A model generated the notes under the pieces. That model saw only the letters and a program-made list of their open reading frames with translations, had not been told where the DNA came from and did not search any database. DNA of 64,000 nucleotides from Anaerolineae bacterium (GTDB lineage Bacteria; Chloroflexota; Anaerolineae; Epilineales; JAHCIE01): NCBI GenBank assembly GCA_046328505.1, contig JAXLWL010000005.1:300463-364462 (forward strand), in the 5' to 3' direction. The translations under genes were made by a program, and so were the position numbers. Positions within the stretch are counted from its first letter, which is position 1; each line of letters opens with the position of its first letter. This document shows, one piece after another, positions 1-8,671 of the stretch.

Positions 1-928
1 TCGGGGGAGCCGAGCTATCCACAGGTGCGTTGATAGCGACTCGCGGCAGCGGCGCAGGCTTCAGCGTCACATCGGCGTTCATTGGCAGGGTGAAGCCCGA
101 CGGCAGATTCACTGTAGCGCCGAGGTAGCCCGGCGCTGAGACGACGATATATTGTGGGCGGCCATCGCGGGGGTCAGGCTTTGGCAGCTCGAAGGAAGCC
201 GGGCCAACAGGCTGAATTGGGAATTGTTGCACCGGGTTGGGGAGAGCGCCGGGCGGCCCGGCGGGCATTGGGGGCGCCTCGTTACTGAGCACATAGGCGA
301 CGGTCTTGAGGCCCGCCGGAGTCGTCGTGACCACTCCGTTCGCGTCGATGGCGAGGCGTGCTTTTAGCTCCGCGGTCTTTACATCGCCGAATGCTGAGCG
401 CAGGGGCTGATAGGCTTGCTCCACCAGCTGGTCTAGCTGATCGGCAGGTCCTTGCGCCGTTCCTTCCTTGATTGGCGTTGCATACGGGGAAATGCCGACG
501 ATGTCGAGCCGATTCAGCACCAGGCGCAGCCTCAGTGTCTCGGGCGCGCGCGGAGCAACGCTCGGCGGCGGTGTGACGAGCGTCGCCGCCGCCCCTCCCG
601 TCGCCGGCCGACGGTTGAACGGGCCGAGGTAGAGGAACAGGGCAGCGACGCCGACGACGAGGATGCTGACGACAATGAGCGCGCCTCGACGGGACGTTGA
701 CGTCCCCGCGGTCTGCGCTGATGAGGCATTATGGTCGGCGAGCCATCGGTCGAGATCGGGTAGGCGATTGCGATGGTCCAGCCACACGACAAGATTCTGG
801 GCAAGCGCAGTCTTCGTTTGCCCCTCCCAGTCTGGATAGCCAAGATCGGAGGCGGCCATTTGAAGCTCGGCCAGGGACAGTCGCTGGATAAGATAATCCC
901 GTTCGGCAGGTCCGTTCGATTGCGACAT
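1..928 (-). CDS. Partial membrane protein (runs off left edge): N-terminal effector-associated-domain (EAD7)-like helical domain, one TM helix, Pro-rich extracytoplasmic region
   Basis: Not in ORF track because there is no stop inside the window. ATG at 928 with GGAGG SD upstream. Manual translation MSQSNGPAERDYLIQRLSLAELQMAASDLGYPDWEGQTKTALAQNLVVWLDHRNRLPDLDRWL...GALIVVSILVVGVAALFLYLG... stays open to base 1. Confidence 0.75.
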   Translation of the reverse strand, partial: MSQSNGPAERDYLIQRLSLAELQMAASDLGYPDWEGQTKTALAQNLVVWLDHRNRLPDLDRWLADHNASSAQTAGTSTSRRGALIVVSILVVGVAALFLYLGPFNRRPATGGAAATLVTPPPSVAPRAPETLRLRLVLNRLDIVGISPYATPIKEGTAQGPADQLDQLVEQAYQPLRSAFGDVKTAELKARLAIDANGVVTTTPAGLKTVAYVLSNEAPPMPAGPPGALPNPVQQFPIQPVGPASFELPKPDPRDGRPQYIVVSAPGYLGATVNLPSGFTLPMNADVTLKPAPLPRVAINAPVDSSAPP

Positions 929-1248
929 TGGCGCCTCCGGTCCTGTCTGACGCCCAGCAAGGCGCTGCAAGCATCACGCAATTCTCTATGGATTCGACGC
1001 TGAAGCGTCCAGGCTCCTTATGCAGGCGCCACTCGAATCTGACGTCATCCGCCGGCATGAAGCAGCGGTTTGGTTTAAGAGCCAAATCGCGTTACGCTAT
1101 ATACGCGATTTGGCCGCGTGCGCACCGGCACGCGCTGACGATTGCAGGAACGGGTCACGAACGAGGACGGCACGAGGGACAGCGTCAGAGTAACATGGAC
1201 GTAGACACATTCGGATAGACGCTCTGTGACGAGCGAGGGAGGAAAGCG

Positions 1249-2319
1249 ATGGGCGTTCAGGGCTTGCACCACATTACACTGGTATCATCGGATGCGCAGC
1301 AGACAACGGATTTCTACACGCGCGTGCTCGGCCTGCGGCTGGTCAAAAAGACGGTCAACTTCGACGACCCCGGCAGCTACCACCTCTACTTCGGCGACGA
1401 GACCGGCAGCCCCGGCTCCGCCATCACCTTCTTCGAGTGGCGCGACGCCCCTAAGGGCCACTGGGGCATCGGCGGCACCCATCACTTCGCCCTCAGTGTC
1501 CCCGACTACGACGGCCTGCTCAAGTGGAAGCGCCGCCTGACCGACCTCGGCCTCAAGGTGGACGGCCCCCTCGACCGCCACTACTTCACGTCCATCTACT
1601 TCACCGACCCAGACGGCGCGATCATCGAGATCGCCACGCGCGGCCCGGGCTGGACGGTGGACGAAGCACCGGACGAGATTGGCACGACGTACAAGGCGCC
1701 GCCGGAGGATATGCTCGTCAACAACCGCGACGAGGCGCGCATCTCGGCGACGACGTGGCCGGAGCCGGTGCCGGCGATCACGCCGGACATGGCGCTGCGC
1801 CAGGGGATGCACCACATCACGGCCATCGGCTCCAACATCGAGCGGACGCAGGCCTTTTTCGGCGATTTGCTGGGGATGCGGCGGGTTAAAATGACGTCGA
1901 ACTTCGACGACCCGAACTCGGCGCATTGGTACTGGGGCGTAGGGGATGGGCGGCCGGGGACGCTCATCACGTACTTCGAGCGCGACCCGCGGCGGGTGCG
2001 GCGGGCGCAGTTCGGGCCCGGGCAGACGCACCACTTCGCCCTGGCAGTGCCGGACGACGAGACGCAGCTGGCGTTCCGCGAGAAGCTGATCCAGGCGGGC
2101 CTGCGTGTCTCGCCGGTCATGGATCGCATCTACTTCAAGAGCATCTACACCAACGACCCGGATGGGCACATCGTGGAGCTGGCGACGGCCGGGCCGGGCT
2201 TCGCCGTGGACGAGCCGGTGGCGAGCCTGGGGACGAGCCTCAAGCTGCCGCCGTGGCTGGAGCCGCACCGCCGCGACCTCGAAGCCACCCTGTCAGCGAT
2301 TGCCGTCTCCACGCCTTGA
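1249..2319 (+). CDS. VOC/glyoxalase-family ring-cleaving dioxygenase (MhqA/MhqO/PcpA-like)
   Basis: GLHHIT...NFDDP..YHLYFGD..GSPG..ITFF, HHFAL, YFKSIYTNDPDGHIVELAT motifs; GAGGGAGG SD. Confidence 0.9.
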   Translation: MGVQGLHHITLVSSDAQQTTDFYTRVLGLRLVKKTVNFDDPGSYHLYFGDETGSPGSAITFFEWRDAPKGHWGIGGTHHFALSVPDYDGLLKWKRRLTDLGLKVDGPLDRHYFTSIYFTDPDGAIIEIATRGPGWTVDEAPDEIGTTYKAPPEDMLVNNRDEARISATTWPEPVPAITPDMALRQGMHHITAIGSNIERTQAFFGDLLGMRRVKMTSNFDDPNSAHWYWGVGDGRPGTLITYFERDPRRVRRAQFGPGQTHHFALAVPDDETQLAFREKLIQAGLRVSPVMDRIYFKSIYTNDPDGHIVELATAGPGFAVDEPVASLGTSLKLPPWLEPHRRDLEATLSAIAVSTP

Positions 2320-2341
2320 CGGAATGGGCGCAGAAGCCTAG

Positions 2342-2375
2342 ACTACGCCCAGCACGAAATGGTGTTGGGCGTAGT
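2342..2375. repeat. Intergenic hairpin (GTAG-tagged REP-like or terminator)
   Basis: actacgcccagcac / gtgttgggcgtagt inverted repeat with a 6-nt loop. Confidence 0.55.
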
Positions 2376-2406
2376 GTCTTGTTGATCTAGTGTGAGGAGG
2401 CCGTTG

Positions 2407-2841
2407 ATGGCAGAGCAGAGTGGCTGGATGAGGTTCGGCAACGACATGATGACCTGGGTGTTGCGCTCGCCACTGCACGGCCTCGCCGGCCGGTCGCTGC
2501 TCATCACCGTGACCGGCCGCAAGAGCGGCGCCCAGTACACGTTCCCAGTGAACTACACGCGCTCCGGCGACGTCATCACCATCCTCAGCCGTCGCGACCG
2601 CACGTGGTGGCGCAACCTGCGGGGCGGCGCGTCCGTCACCCTGCACGTCGACGGGAAGGATGTGCAGGGGCAGGGTACGGTGATTGAGGATGATGCCGAG
2701 GTTGCCAAGGCGCTCCAGGCGTACACCCAGACTCTCTCGCGCGTCCCGCGCCGCCTCCGCGACACCGCCGCCGCCGTACACACCTACCTGATTATTCAAG
2801 TGCAGCTCACGGCCCAGGCGGCGTCCTCAGTAGGATATTGA
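2407..2841 (+). CDS. Deazaflavin (F420)-dependent nitroreductase/quinone reductase family (DDN-like split beta-barrel)
   Basis: LLITVTGRKSGAQYTFPV and WWRNLRGG motifs; GAGGAGG SD before ATG 2407. Confidence 0.8.
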   Translation: MAEQSGWMRFGNDMMTWVLRSPLHGLAGRSLLITVTGRKSGAQYTFPVNYTRSGDVITILSRRDRTWWRNLRGGASVTLHVDGKDVQGQGTVIEDDAEVAKALQAYTQTLSRVPRRLRDTAAAVHTYLIIQVQLTAQAASSVGY

Positions 2842-2842
2842 C

Positions 2843-4069
2843 GTGCCAGAGCGCGTCGAGACTGTGATTGTCGGGGGCGGGCAGGGTGGCCTCTCCGTAA
2901 GCTACTATCTGAGTCGGCAGGGGCACGAGCACGTTGTCCTCGATCGGGCGGCCTTGCCCGCCGAAGCGTGGCGCAACCAGCGCTGGGACTCTTTCACGCT
3001 CAACACGCCCAATTGGACATTCCGCCTGCCCGGCGCGGTCTACGACGGCGATGACCCGGACGGCTTCATGGCCCGCGACGACGTCGTGCGCACCTTCGAA
3101 GAGTACATCGATCGTTTCAATCTTCCGGTGCGCTACAGCGTGCGCGCCACGAGCGTTGAGCCGCGTAATGACGGCTACACGGTGGAAACCGACGCGGGCG
3201 CGTTCGAGGCGTCGAACGTCGTCGTCGCCACTGGCACTTTTCAGCGCGGCAAGGCCTCAGCGCTCGGCGAGAAGTTGCCGCCACAAATTGTGCAACTTGA
3301 CAGTAGCAGCTATCGCAACCCGGAGCAGTTGCCGCCGGGTGCTGTGCTCATTGTCGGCTCTGGCCAATCCGGCTGCCAGATTACCGAAGACCTGTATGAG
3401 AGCGGGCGCAAGGTCTACCTGTGCGTTGGCTCGGCCGGGCGGTCGCCCCGGCGCTACCGTGGGAAAGACATCTTCTGGTGGCTAACGGAAACGGGCTTTT
3501 ATAGCAGAACCGTGGATATGCTGCCCGCCCCGCGCGCCCGCTTCATCGGCGCTCCGCAGCTCAGCGGCACGCGCGGCGGGCACAACATCAACCTGCACCA
3601 GTTCGTTCGCGACGGCGTCACGTTGCTCGGCCACCTTCGCGGGGTAGAGGGGAACAGGATTATCCTGGCGCCCGACCTCAAGGAGAGCCTGGCGAAGATG
3701 GATAAGGTCGAGGCCGACACGGTGGGCCTCGTGGACCAGCACATCGAGAAGCACGGCCTGAATATCCCGCCAGAGGTGTTGCCTCAACTGCGCGACGGCT
3801 ACGACGCCGAGGTGGTCACCGAGCTTGACCTGCGTGGCGCCAACATTACGAGCGTTGTCTGGGCCACCGGCCACACGTGGGACTTCAGCCTGGTAAAGCT
3901 GCCGGTCTTCGACGACATGGGCTATCCGGTGACCCAGCGCGGCGTGACGGTGTATCCGGGGCTGTACTTCGCGGGGCTGCACTGGATGCATACCCACAGG
4001 TCGGGGCTCCTGCTGGGCGTCGGCGAGGACGCCGAATACGTCGCTTCGCACCTTATGACCCGAACATAG
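2843..4069 (+). CDS. Flavin-containing monooxygenase / FAD-NAD(P)H oxidoreductase
   Basis: Two dinucleotide-binding motifs (VIVGGGQGG, LIVGSGQSG), W..RWDSF.L.TP, VVWATG, GLYFAG. Confidence 0.85.
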   Translation: MPERVETVIVGGGQGGLSVSYYLSRQGHEHVVLDRAALPAEAWRNQRWDSFTLNTPNWTFRLPGAVYDGDDPDGFMARDDVVRTFEEYIDRFNLPVRYSVRATSVEPRNDGYTVETDAGAFEASNVVVATGTFQRGKASALGEKLPPQIVQLDSSSYRNPEQLPPGAVLIVGSGQSGCQITEDLYESGRKVYLCVGSAGRSPRRYRGKDIFWWLTETGFYSRTVDMLPAPRARFIGAPQLSGTRGGHNINLHQFVRDGVTLLGHLRGVEGNRIILAPDLKESLAKMDKVEADTVGLVDQHIEKHGLNIPPEVLPQLRDGYDAEVVTELDLRGANITSVVWATGHTWDFSLVKLPVFDDMGYPVTQRGVTVYPGLYFAGLHWMHTHRSGLLLGVGEDAEYVASHLMTRT

Positions 4070-4100
4070 CGTAGAGGCGCGCCAGGGCTGCGTCTCTACG
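4070..4100. repeat. GTAG-type REP palindrome between convergent genes
   Basis: cgtagaggcgc...gcgtctctacg. Confidence 0.65.
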
Positions 4101-4136
4101 CTATATTTCATCAACATGGCATGCGCGTGGCAGGCT

Positions 4137-5744
4137 TCAGCCCGGCAAGGCCAGCGGGGTATGTGGGAAGTCGGGGCGCGAGGCGGCCATCTGCTCGATA
4201 GCGTGCATGACCGCCAGGGCGACGTGCTCGCGCCAGGGCCGCGCCACGACCTGAACGCCGACCGGCAGACCCGCGCTATTTTCCTCCACCACCCGCGCCG
4301 CCTGCTCCACCTTGTCTTTCGACACCGGCCGCCCGATCTGCTCCGCCTCGCGCACCCGCGTCACCGGCACGACGCCGGCCGGATAGCCTAGCACGTTGTA
4401 CAGGCACGCATACGCGCCGGCCGTGATGACGTCCTTGCTCGCGCCGTGTGTGAACGCCGGCAGCGAGCAAGGCGGGCAGAGAATCACGTCGAACGGCCCA
4501 CCCTGGGCGCTGTCAAGCGCGTCCTTGAAGCGCGCCTGGTAGTCCATCACCATCTCGGCGAGCTGCCAGTAGTGCGCCGTATCGTTGTGCCCGAAGGCGC
4601 CGAGGCCCATTGCCAGGTTGCGCTGGCCTATGGCGTTCAGGACGCCCTGCGCGCTGCGGATCGCCGTATGCGGTAGCCGCACCAGGGTGAGCAGTTGGGC
4701 GATCTGCGGCGTTTGCTTATCCTTGCCGAGCATCCCGCGCATCAACCGCCCACCGTCTGCGCCGAAGATGCCGTAGAGCAGACCCATCGCCAGGCCAGCG
4801 TCCGGCGGCGTCCACTCTGTCACCTGGGCGCCGAGATTGCGCAGCGTGTCGGCTGCCTCGCGCACGGCCCGCGCGATGGCCGGGGCGACCGCGAACGTCC
4901 CGTCATTGGTGTACCAGGCAACGCGGAGATTGCGGACATCGACGTCGCGGAAATTCCCGAGCGGCATCGGCGGCTCGACGGCGGGATTGGCGCCGCCGTT
5001 GATGACCTCCAGCCCCAGGGCGACGTCCTCGACGTGACGCGCCAGGACGCCAACCTGGCTCGGCACAGCCTGTTGGCCGACGGGCACGCTGTAGCGGCCC
5101 AGGTCGGGCGTGCGGCCAGTCGTCGGCTTCAGGCTGGCGATGCCGCAGAAGTGGGCCGGGATGCGCGTGCTGCCGCCGATATCGGTGCCGAGGCCCAGCG
5201 CAGAGCCGCCCGCCGCGATAATGGCTGCCTCGCCGCCACTGCTGCCGCCGGGCGTGCGTGTGGGGTTCCAGGGATTCTTCGTCGTGCCGTAGAGAGGATT
5301 GTCGCTCTCGTAGTAGAACAAGAGCTGGGCGACATTGGTCTTGCCCAGAACGATGGCGCCCGCGTCGCGGAGACGCGACACGTGGCGCTCGTCCCGTGTC
5401 GCGCGGGTGGCGGCGCGCGAGGGCAGGCCGAAGGTCGATGGCGTGCCTTCCAGGTCGAGGCACTCCTTGATCGTGACCGGCAGCCCGTGCAGCAGTCCTA
5501 TCGGCTCGCCCGTCTTCCGGCGCGCATCGGCGGCGTGGGCTTCGGCGCGGGCCGCCTCGTAACGCTTCACGACGACGGCATTGAGGCTTGGGTTGACGCG
5601 CTCAATGCGCTCGATGTGCGCCTCGACGGCCTCGGTCGCGGTGATGTCGCCTGTAGCGATGTGCTCGACGAGCTGTGCCGCCGACATCCGGGTCACATCG
5701 TCAATCTGCGTCTGGGCGCGGGTACCGTTCAGTGTGCTGATCAT
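4137..5744 (-). CDS. Amidase signature family enzyme (FAAH-like amidase)
   Basis: GLPVTIKE (catalytic Lys), PGGSSGGE, GTDIGGSTRIP (Ser-cisSer-Lys signature). Confidence 0.9.
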   Translation of the reverse strand: MISTLNGTRAQTQIDDVTRMSAAQLVEHIATGDITATEAVEAHIERIERVNPSLNAVVVKRYEAARAEAHAADARRKTGEPIGLLHGLPVTIKECLDLEGTPSTFGLPSRAATRATRDERHVSRLRDAGAIVLGKTNVAQLLFYYESDNPLYGTTKNPWNPTRTPGGSSGGEAAIIAAGGSALGLGTDIGGSTRIPAHFCGIASLKPTTGRTPDLGRYSVPVGQQAVPSQVGVLARHVEDVALGLEVINGGANPAVEPPMPLGNFRDVDVRNLRVAWYTNDGTFAVAPAIARAVREAADTLRNLGAQVTEWTPPDAGLAMGLLYGIFGADGGRLMRGMLGKDKQTPQIAQLLTLVRLPHTAIRSAQGVLNAIGQRNLAMGLGAFGHNDTAHYWQLAEMVMDYQARFKDALDSAQGGPFDVILCPPCSLPAFTHGASKDVITAGAYACLYNVLGYPAGVVPVTRVREAEQIGRPVSKDKVEQAARVVEENSAGLPVGVQVVARPWREHVALAVMHAIEQMAASRPDFPHTPLALPG

Positions 5745-5841
5745 GGCTGGTCGCTCCTTCTATGCGTCGTGTGCTTCTCATCGAACTTACACGACTAGAA
5801 TAGCGGAGCCGGCCGGTGGCCGCATCGGGAGGATTCCCCAT

Positions 5842-7416
5842 TTACGCGAGCAGATTGTTCTCCATCGCAAAGAGCGTTGCGCCGGCGCGGGTGGATACGC
5901 CGATCTTGGCGTAGATGTTCTGAATGTGGCGGTCGACGGTTTTTGTGGAGATCGTCAGCGCCTCCGCCACCTGTTTCATCGTATAGCCCCGCGCAATCAG
6001 GCGGAGCACCTCGATCTCGCGCTCGCTCAAGCCGGCGACGCCGGCCTTGTACTGTGCCTTCACGCGGTGGCCGGCTGCAGCGAGCAAGGCGTTGACAACG
6101 TCGCCGTCCATCCGCCCCGCGCGCACCTCGCGTTGCAAGGCGTTGGCGGCCTCATCGGGCGAGGCGGGCGGCCGGTGAGGCCGCTCCTCGGTGAGCGCGG
6201 CATAGCGATTGGCGGCAGCCAGAATGCGGGCAGCAGGTGTGAGCAGAGCGCCCGACAGCTTGCGGTAGTAGCCGGAGCCGTCGATGCGTTCGTGGTGCAT
6301 GGCTGCCAACGAGCCCACCTTCGCCAGCGATTCCGGGCGGGCCAAGACCCGTTCCGCGTAGTAAGGGTGCAGGTGCACTTTGTCCCACTCGCGCTCAGTC
6401 AACGGGCCGCGCTTGCCCCAGATGCCCGCGCTGATGCCGACCTTACCAATGTCGTGGAGCAGGGCGGCGCGGCGTAGAACGCGGATATCGCTGTCGGGCA
6501 GGCCATAGCGCTGGGCCGTGGCGGCTGCGAGGTCGCCTACGCGGCGCGAGTGATTGAGGAAGAAGGGTGACTTGATATCCACGAAGTCGGCGATGGCCTC
6601 ACACGCGCCGTCCATCTCGCCTTCGTGCAACGTCCTCCGCGCGCCCGGCTCGATCGCCAGCACGCTGTCCCAGACCGGCTCGTCATCCAGCCCCGCGAAA
6701 AGTTGCGCGGCGTTGCGACATAATGTGTCGACGAGGTGGGGGGAATGGGCGCCGCCGCGGCGCTCGCGGGCCATGGCGAGGGCGGCGTCAATCCCGCCGA
6801 GCCGGTAAAACGTGACGGCATCCTGTGCCAGGGACGCGGCAAGGAGTGCGGGGGAGATGGCGTCGCCCTTGAGCGCCGGCACGCCCTTGCCATCCCACCG
6901 CGCGTAGATTTGGCCGATGGTCGCCACGAACCGCGCCGGGAAGCCGAGCCGCGTCGCCAGCCCCTTCGCTACCTCACAGTGCCCGGCGAAGAAGCTCGAC
7001 CGCACCTGGGGCATCTGCGCGAATCCCTGGGCGACGGCCTGGGCCATTCGGGCGGGATCCGCGCCGACATTGGCCTGCCAGATGGAACGCAGCACGAGGT
7101 TGACGACGCGCATATTGTCGGCCCCGTCGAGGGGGGCTATCTCGGTACGAAAGGCAATCTCGTCGCCGACGATGGAAGCCAGCCAATATGTGTCGGCGTT
7201 GCAGCCGATGTAGCGCAGCAGAGCTTCGTAGTAGGCGTCGCGCATGTCGTCATCCGACAGCCCTGTCGCCTCCGCCAGCCGGACGGCAACGATGCAGCTC
7301 ATCATGGCGTACTCCATCGGCTGGCCCATGCCGAGGTCGGTCGCCATCGAGAGGGCGGCCATCAGCTCGGCGAGCCGTACGCCTGAGTCGTGGTCGGATG
7401 GGAGCGCGGAAGTCAT
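5842..7416 (-). CDS. HD/HD-GYP-like domains fused to a C-terminal LuxR HTH regulator
   Basis: RLAELMAALSMATDLGMGQP N-terminus, LLHDIGK and HHERIDGSGY, C-terminal LSEREIEVLRLIARG...TVDRHIQNIYAKIGV. Start taken at MTSALP (7416); ATG 7434 is an alternative. Confidence 0.85.
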   Translation of the reverse strand: MTSALPSDHDSGVRLAELMAALSMATDLGMGQPMEYAMMSCIVAVRLAEATGLSDDDMRDAYYEALLRYIGCNADTYWLASIVGDEIAFRTEIAPLDGADNMRVVNLVLRSIWQANVGADPARMAQAVAQGFAQMPQVRSSFFAGHCEVAKGLATRLGFPARFVATIGQIYARWDGKGVPALKGDAISPALLAASLAQDAVTFYRLGGIDAALAMARERRGGAHSPHLVDTLCRNAAQLFAGLDDEPVWDSVLAIEPGARRTLHEGEMDGACEAIADFVDIKSPFFLNHSRRVGDLAAATAQRYGLPDSDIRVLRRAALLHDIGKVGISAGIWGKRGPLTEREWDKVHLHPYYAERVLARPESLAKVGSLAAMHHERIDGSGYYRKLSGALLTPAARILAAANRYAALTEERPHRPPASPDEAANALQREVRAGRMDGDVVNALLAAAGHRVKAQYKAGVAGLSEREIEVLRLIARGYTMKQVAEALTISTKTVDRHIQNIYAKIGVSTRAGATLFAMENNLLA

Positions 7417-7506
7417 CGGCGGATGCCCCTCCATAGGAAAAGAATTGCATTTCATTGTACAGTATAATGCAACGCAGAGCATTTGGGGCTGCTGGAAAGC
7501 TGGAAA

Positions 7507-7540
7507 GAGTAGAGGGCACGCGGTGGCATGCCCTCTACTC
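7507..7540. repeat. GTAG-type REP palindrome (may terminate the zinc-ribbon gene)
   Basis: gagtagagggca ... tgccctctactc perfect 12-bp inverted repeat. Confidence 0.65.
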
Positions 7541-7579
7541 TCTTCAAAAGGTAACGTATGCTGTTGTCATGTGCCTGCT

Positions 7580-7789
7580 TCACAGGGCCATCGGCGTCTC
7601 GACCGGTGGAAGCACCAGGCGCATCTCGGTGCAGCAGATAGGGCAGCCCAGAATCGTAATAGGGCGTGTGTAGCGGGGCAACTGTTCCTGCCGCGGGACC
7701 AGTGAGACGTGGCAGCTTGGGCAGAGGGCTTCGCCCTCGTGCGCGTAACTCATGACGATACTATGGATTTGCGTGGGCGTCCAGGACAT
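7580..7789 (-). CDS. Small (69 aa) zinc-ribbon-like protein
   Basis: GGGAGGT SD before ATG 7789; MSWTPTQIHSIVMSYAHEGEALCPSCHVSL...ILGCPICCTEMRL with two CxxC pairs. Confidence 0.7.
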   Translation of the reverse strand: MSWTPTQIHSIVMSYAHEGEALCPSCHVSLVPRQEQLPRYTRPITILGCPICCTEMRLVLPPVETPMAL

Positions 7790-8035
7790 ACGACCTCCCT
7801 CTCGCAAACTTGGCGCAGTCCGCGGCGTAGACTCAACGCAGCTGTTGCTTTTTCTTGCCTCACGCCGGCTCAAGCGCCCGGCGCCCTTGCGCGTACTTCG
7901 GTCGCCCTTCCTCTCCTCCTTCCACACCGACCCCGTGATGCCGTTTTGCCGCAATATTCGTACCGGGAGTAACAGGAAAGTAACATTTTCGAGGCCGGTT
8001 TGGGCCTGTTTTCGCAACTGGAGTCGACGCGGGCC

Positions 8036-8578
8036 TCATGGCGCCCGGCCGCGTGCCGCGGTGAGGACGGCGATCACCGTCATGGCATCGCGGATCTCGC
8101 TTGCAAGGGTCATGGCCAGCACGTCGGCAAACGGCAGCACGGCCACCTCCAGGAACTCGGTCTCATCGGGAAGGGCTTCGGCGCGGACAAGGTCGCGGCC
8201 GATGAACACGTGGCACGTCTCCTGGACAATGGACTTGCTGCTGTAGAACGTGCTAATGGGCGTCAAAGTCTGAGCGTCGTACCCGACTTCCTCCCGCAAC
8301 TCGCGCCGCGCCGCGTCCGCCAGGCTTTCACCCGGCTTGACGCCACCGGTCGGCATCTCCCAGCGCCCATTCTCGTTGAAGACGTAGCGGTACTGGCGCA
8401 CCATGACGACGTGGTTATCATCCACGAAGGGCAAGACGCCGACGGCGTCGCTGCACTCGACCACGCCGTACAGCGTCGTCCGGCCATCCGGCATCTCGGC
8501 GATATCTTCGCGGACGCGTGTCCAGGGGTTCTGGTACACCAGGCGGGAGGAACGGGTCGACCAGGGTTTCGGGGGCAT
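8036..8578 (-). CDS. NUDIX hydrolase (ADP-ribose pyrophosphatase-like)
   Basis: Nudix box GGVKPGESLADAARRELREEVG; RQYRY and WEMP motifs. Confidence 0.9.
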   Translation of the reverse strand: MPPKPWSTRSSRLVYQNPWTRVREDIAEMPDGRTTLYGVVECSDAVGVLPFVDDNHVVMVRQYRYVFNENGRWEMPTGGVKPGESLADAARRELREEVGYDAQTLTPISTFYSSKSIVQETCHVFIGRDLVRAEALPDETEFLEVAVLPFADVLAMTLASEIRDAMTVIAVLTAARGRAP

Positions 8579-8671
8579 GCGGACTCTCCGGGCTTGGACA
8601 TCGCGGCTGTTTCGGGTTAAACTCTAAGCCTCATTTATACTAGCTTAGTGCAGAAGTAGAAAGGAGGTCGT

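Noticed and set aside
109-1272. Short ORF-track calls (109-294, 152-367, 452-700, 532-981, 729-1085, 773-1003, 928-1218)
   Set aside because: These are alternative-frame or antisense shadows of the real open frame 928 to <1, with no SD support or recognisable motifs.
7860-7960. c-di-GMP-I riboswitch (GGCAAA...) upstream of the zinc-ribbon gene
   Set aside because: No GNRA-capped P1 and no correctly spaced GACGCAAAG.
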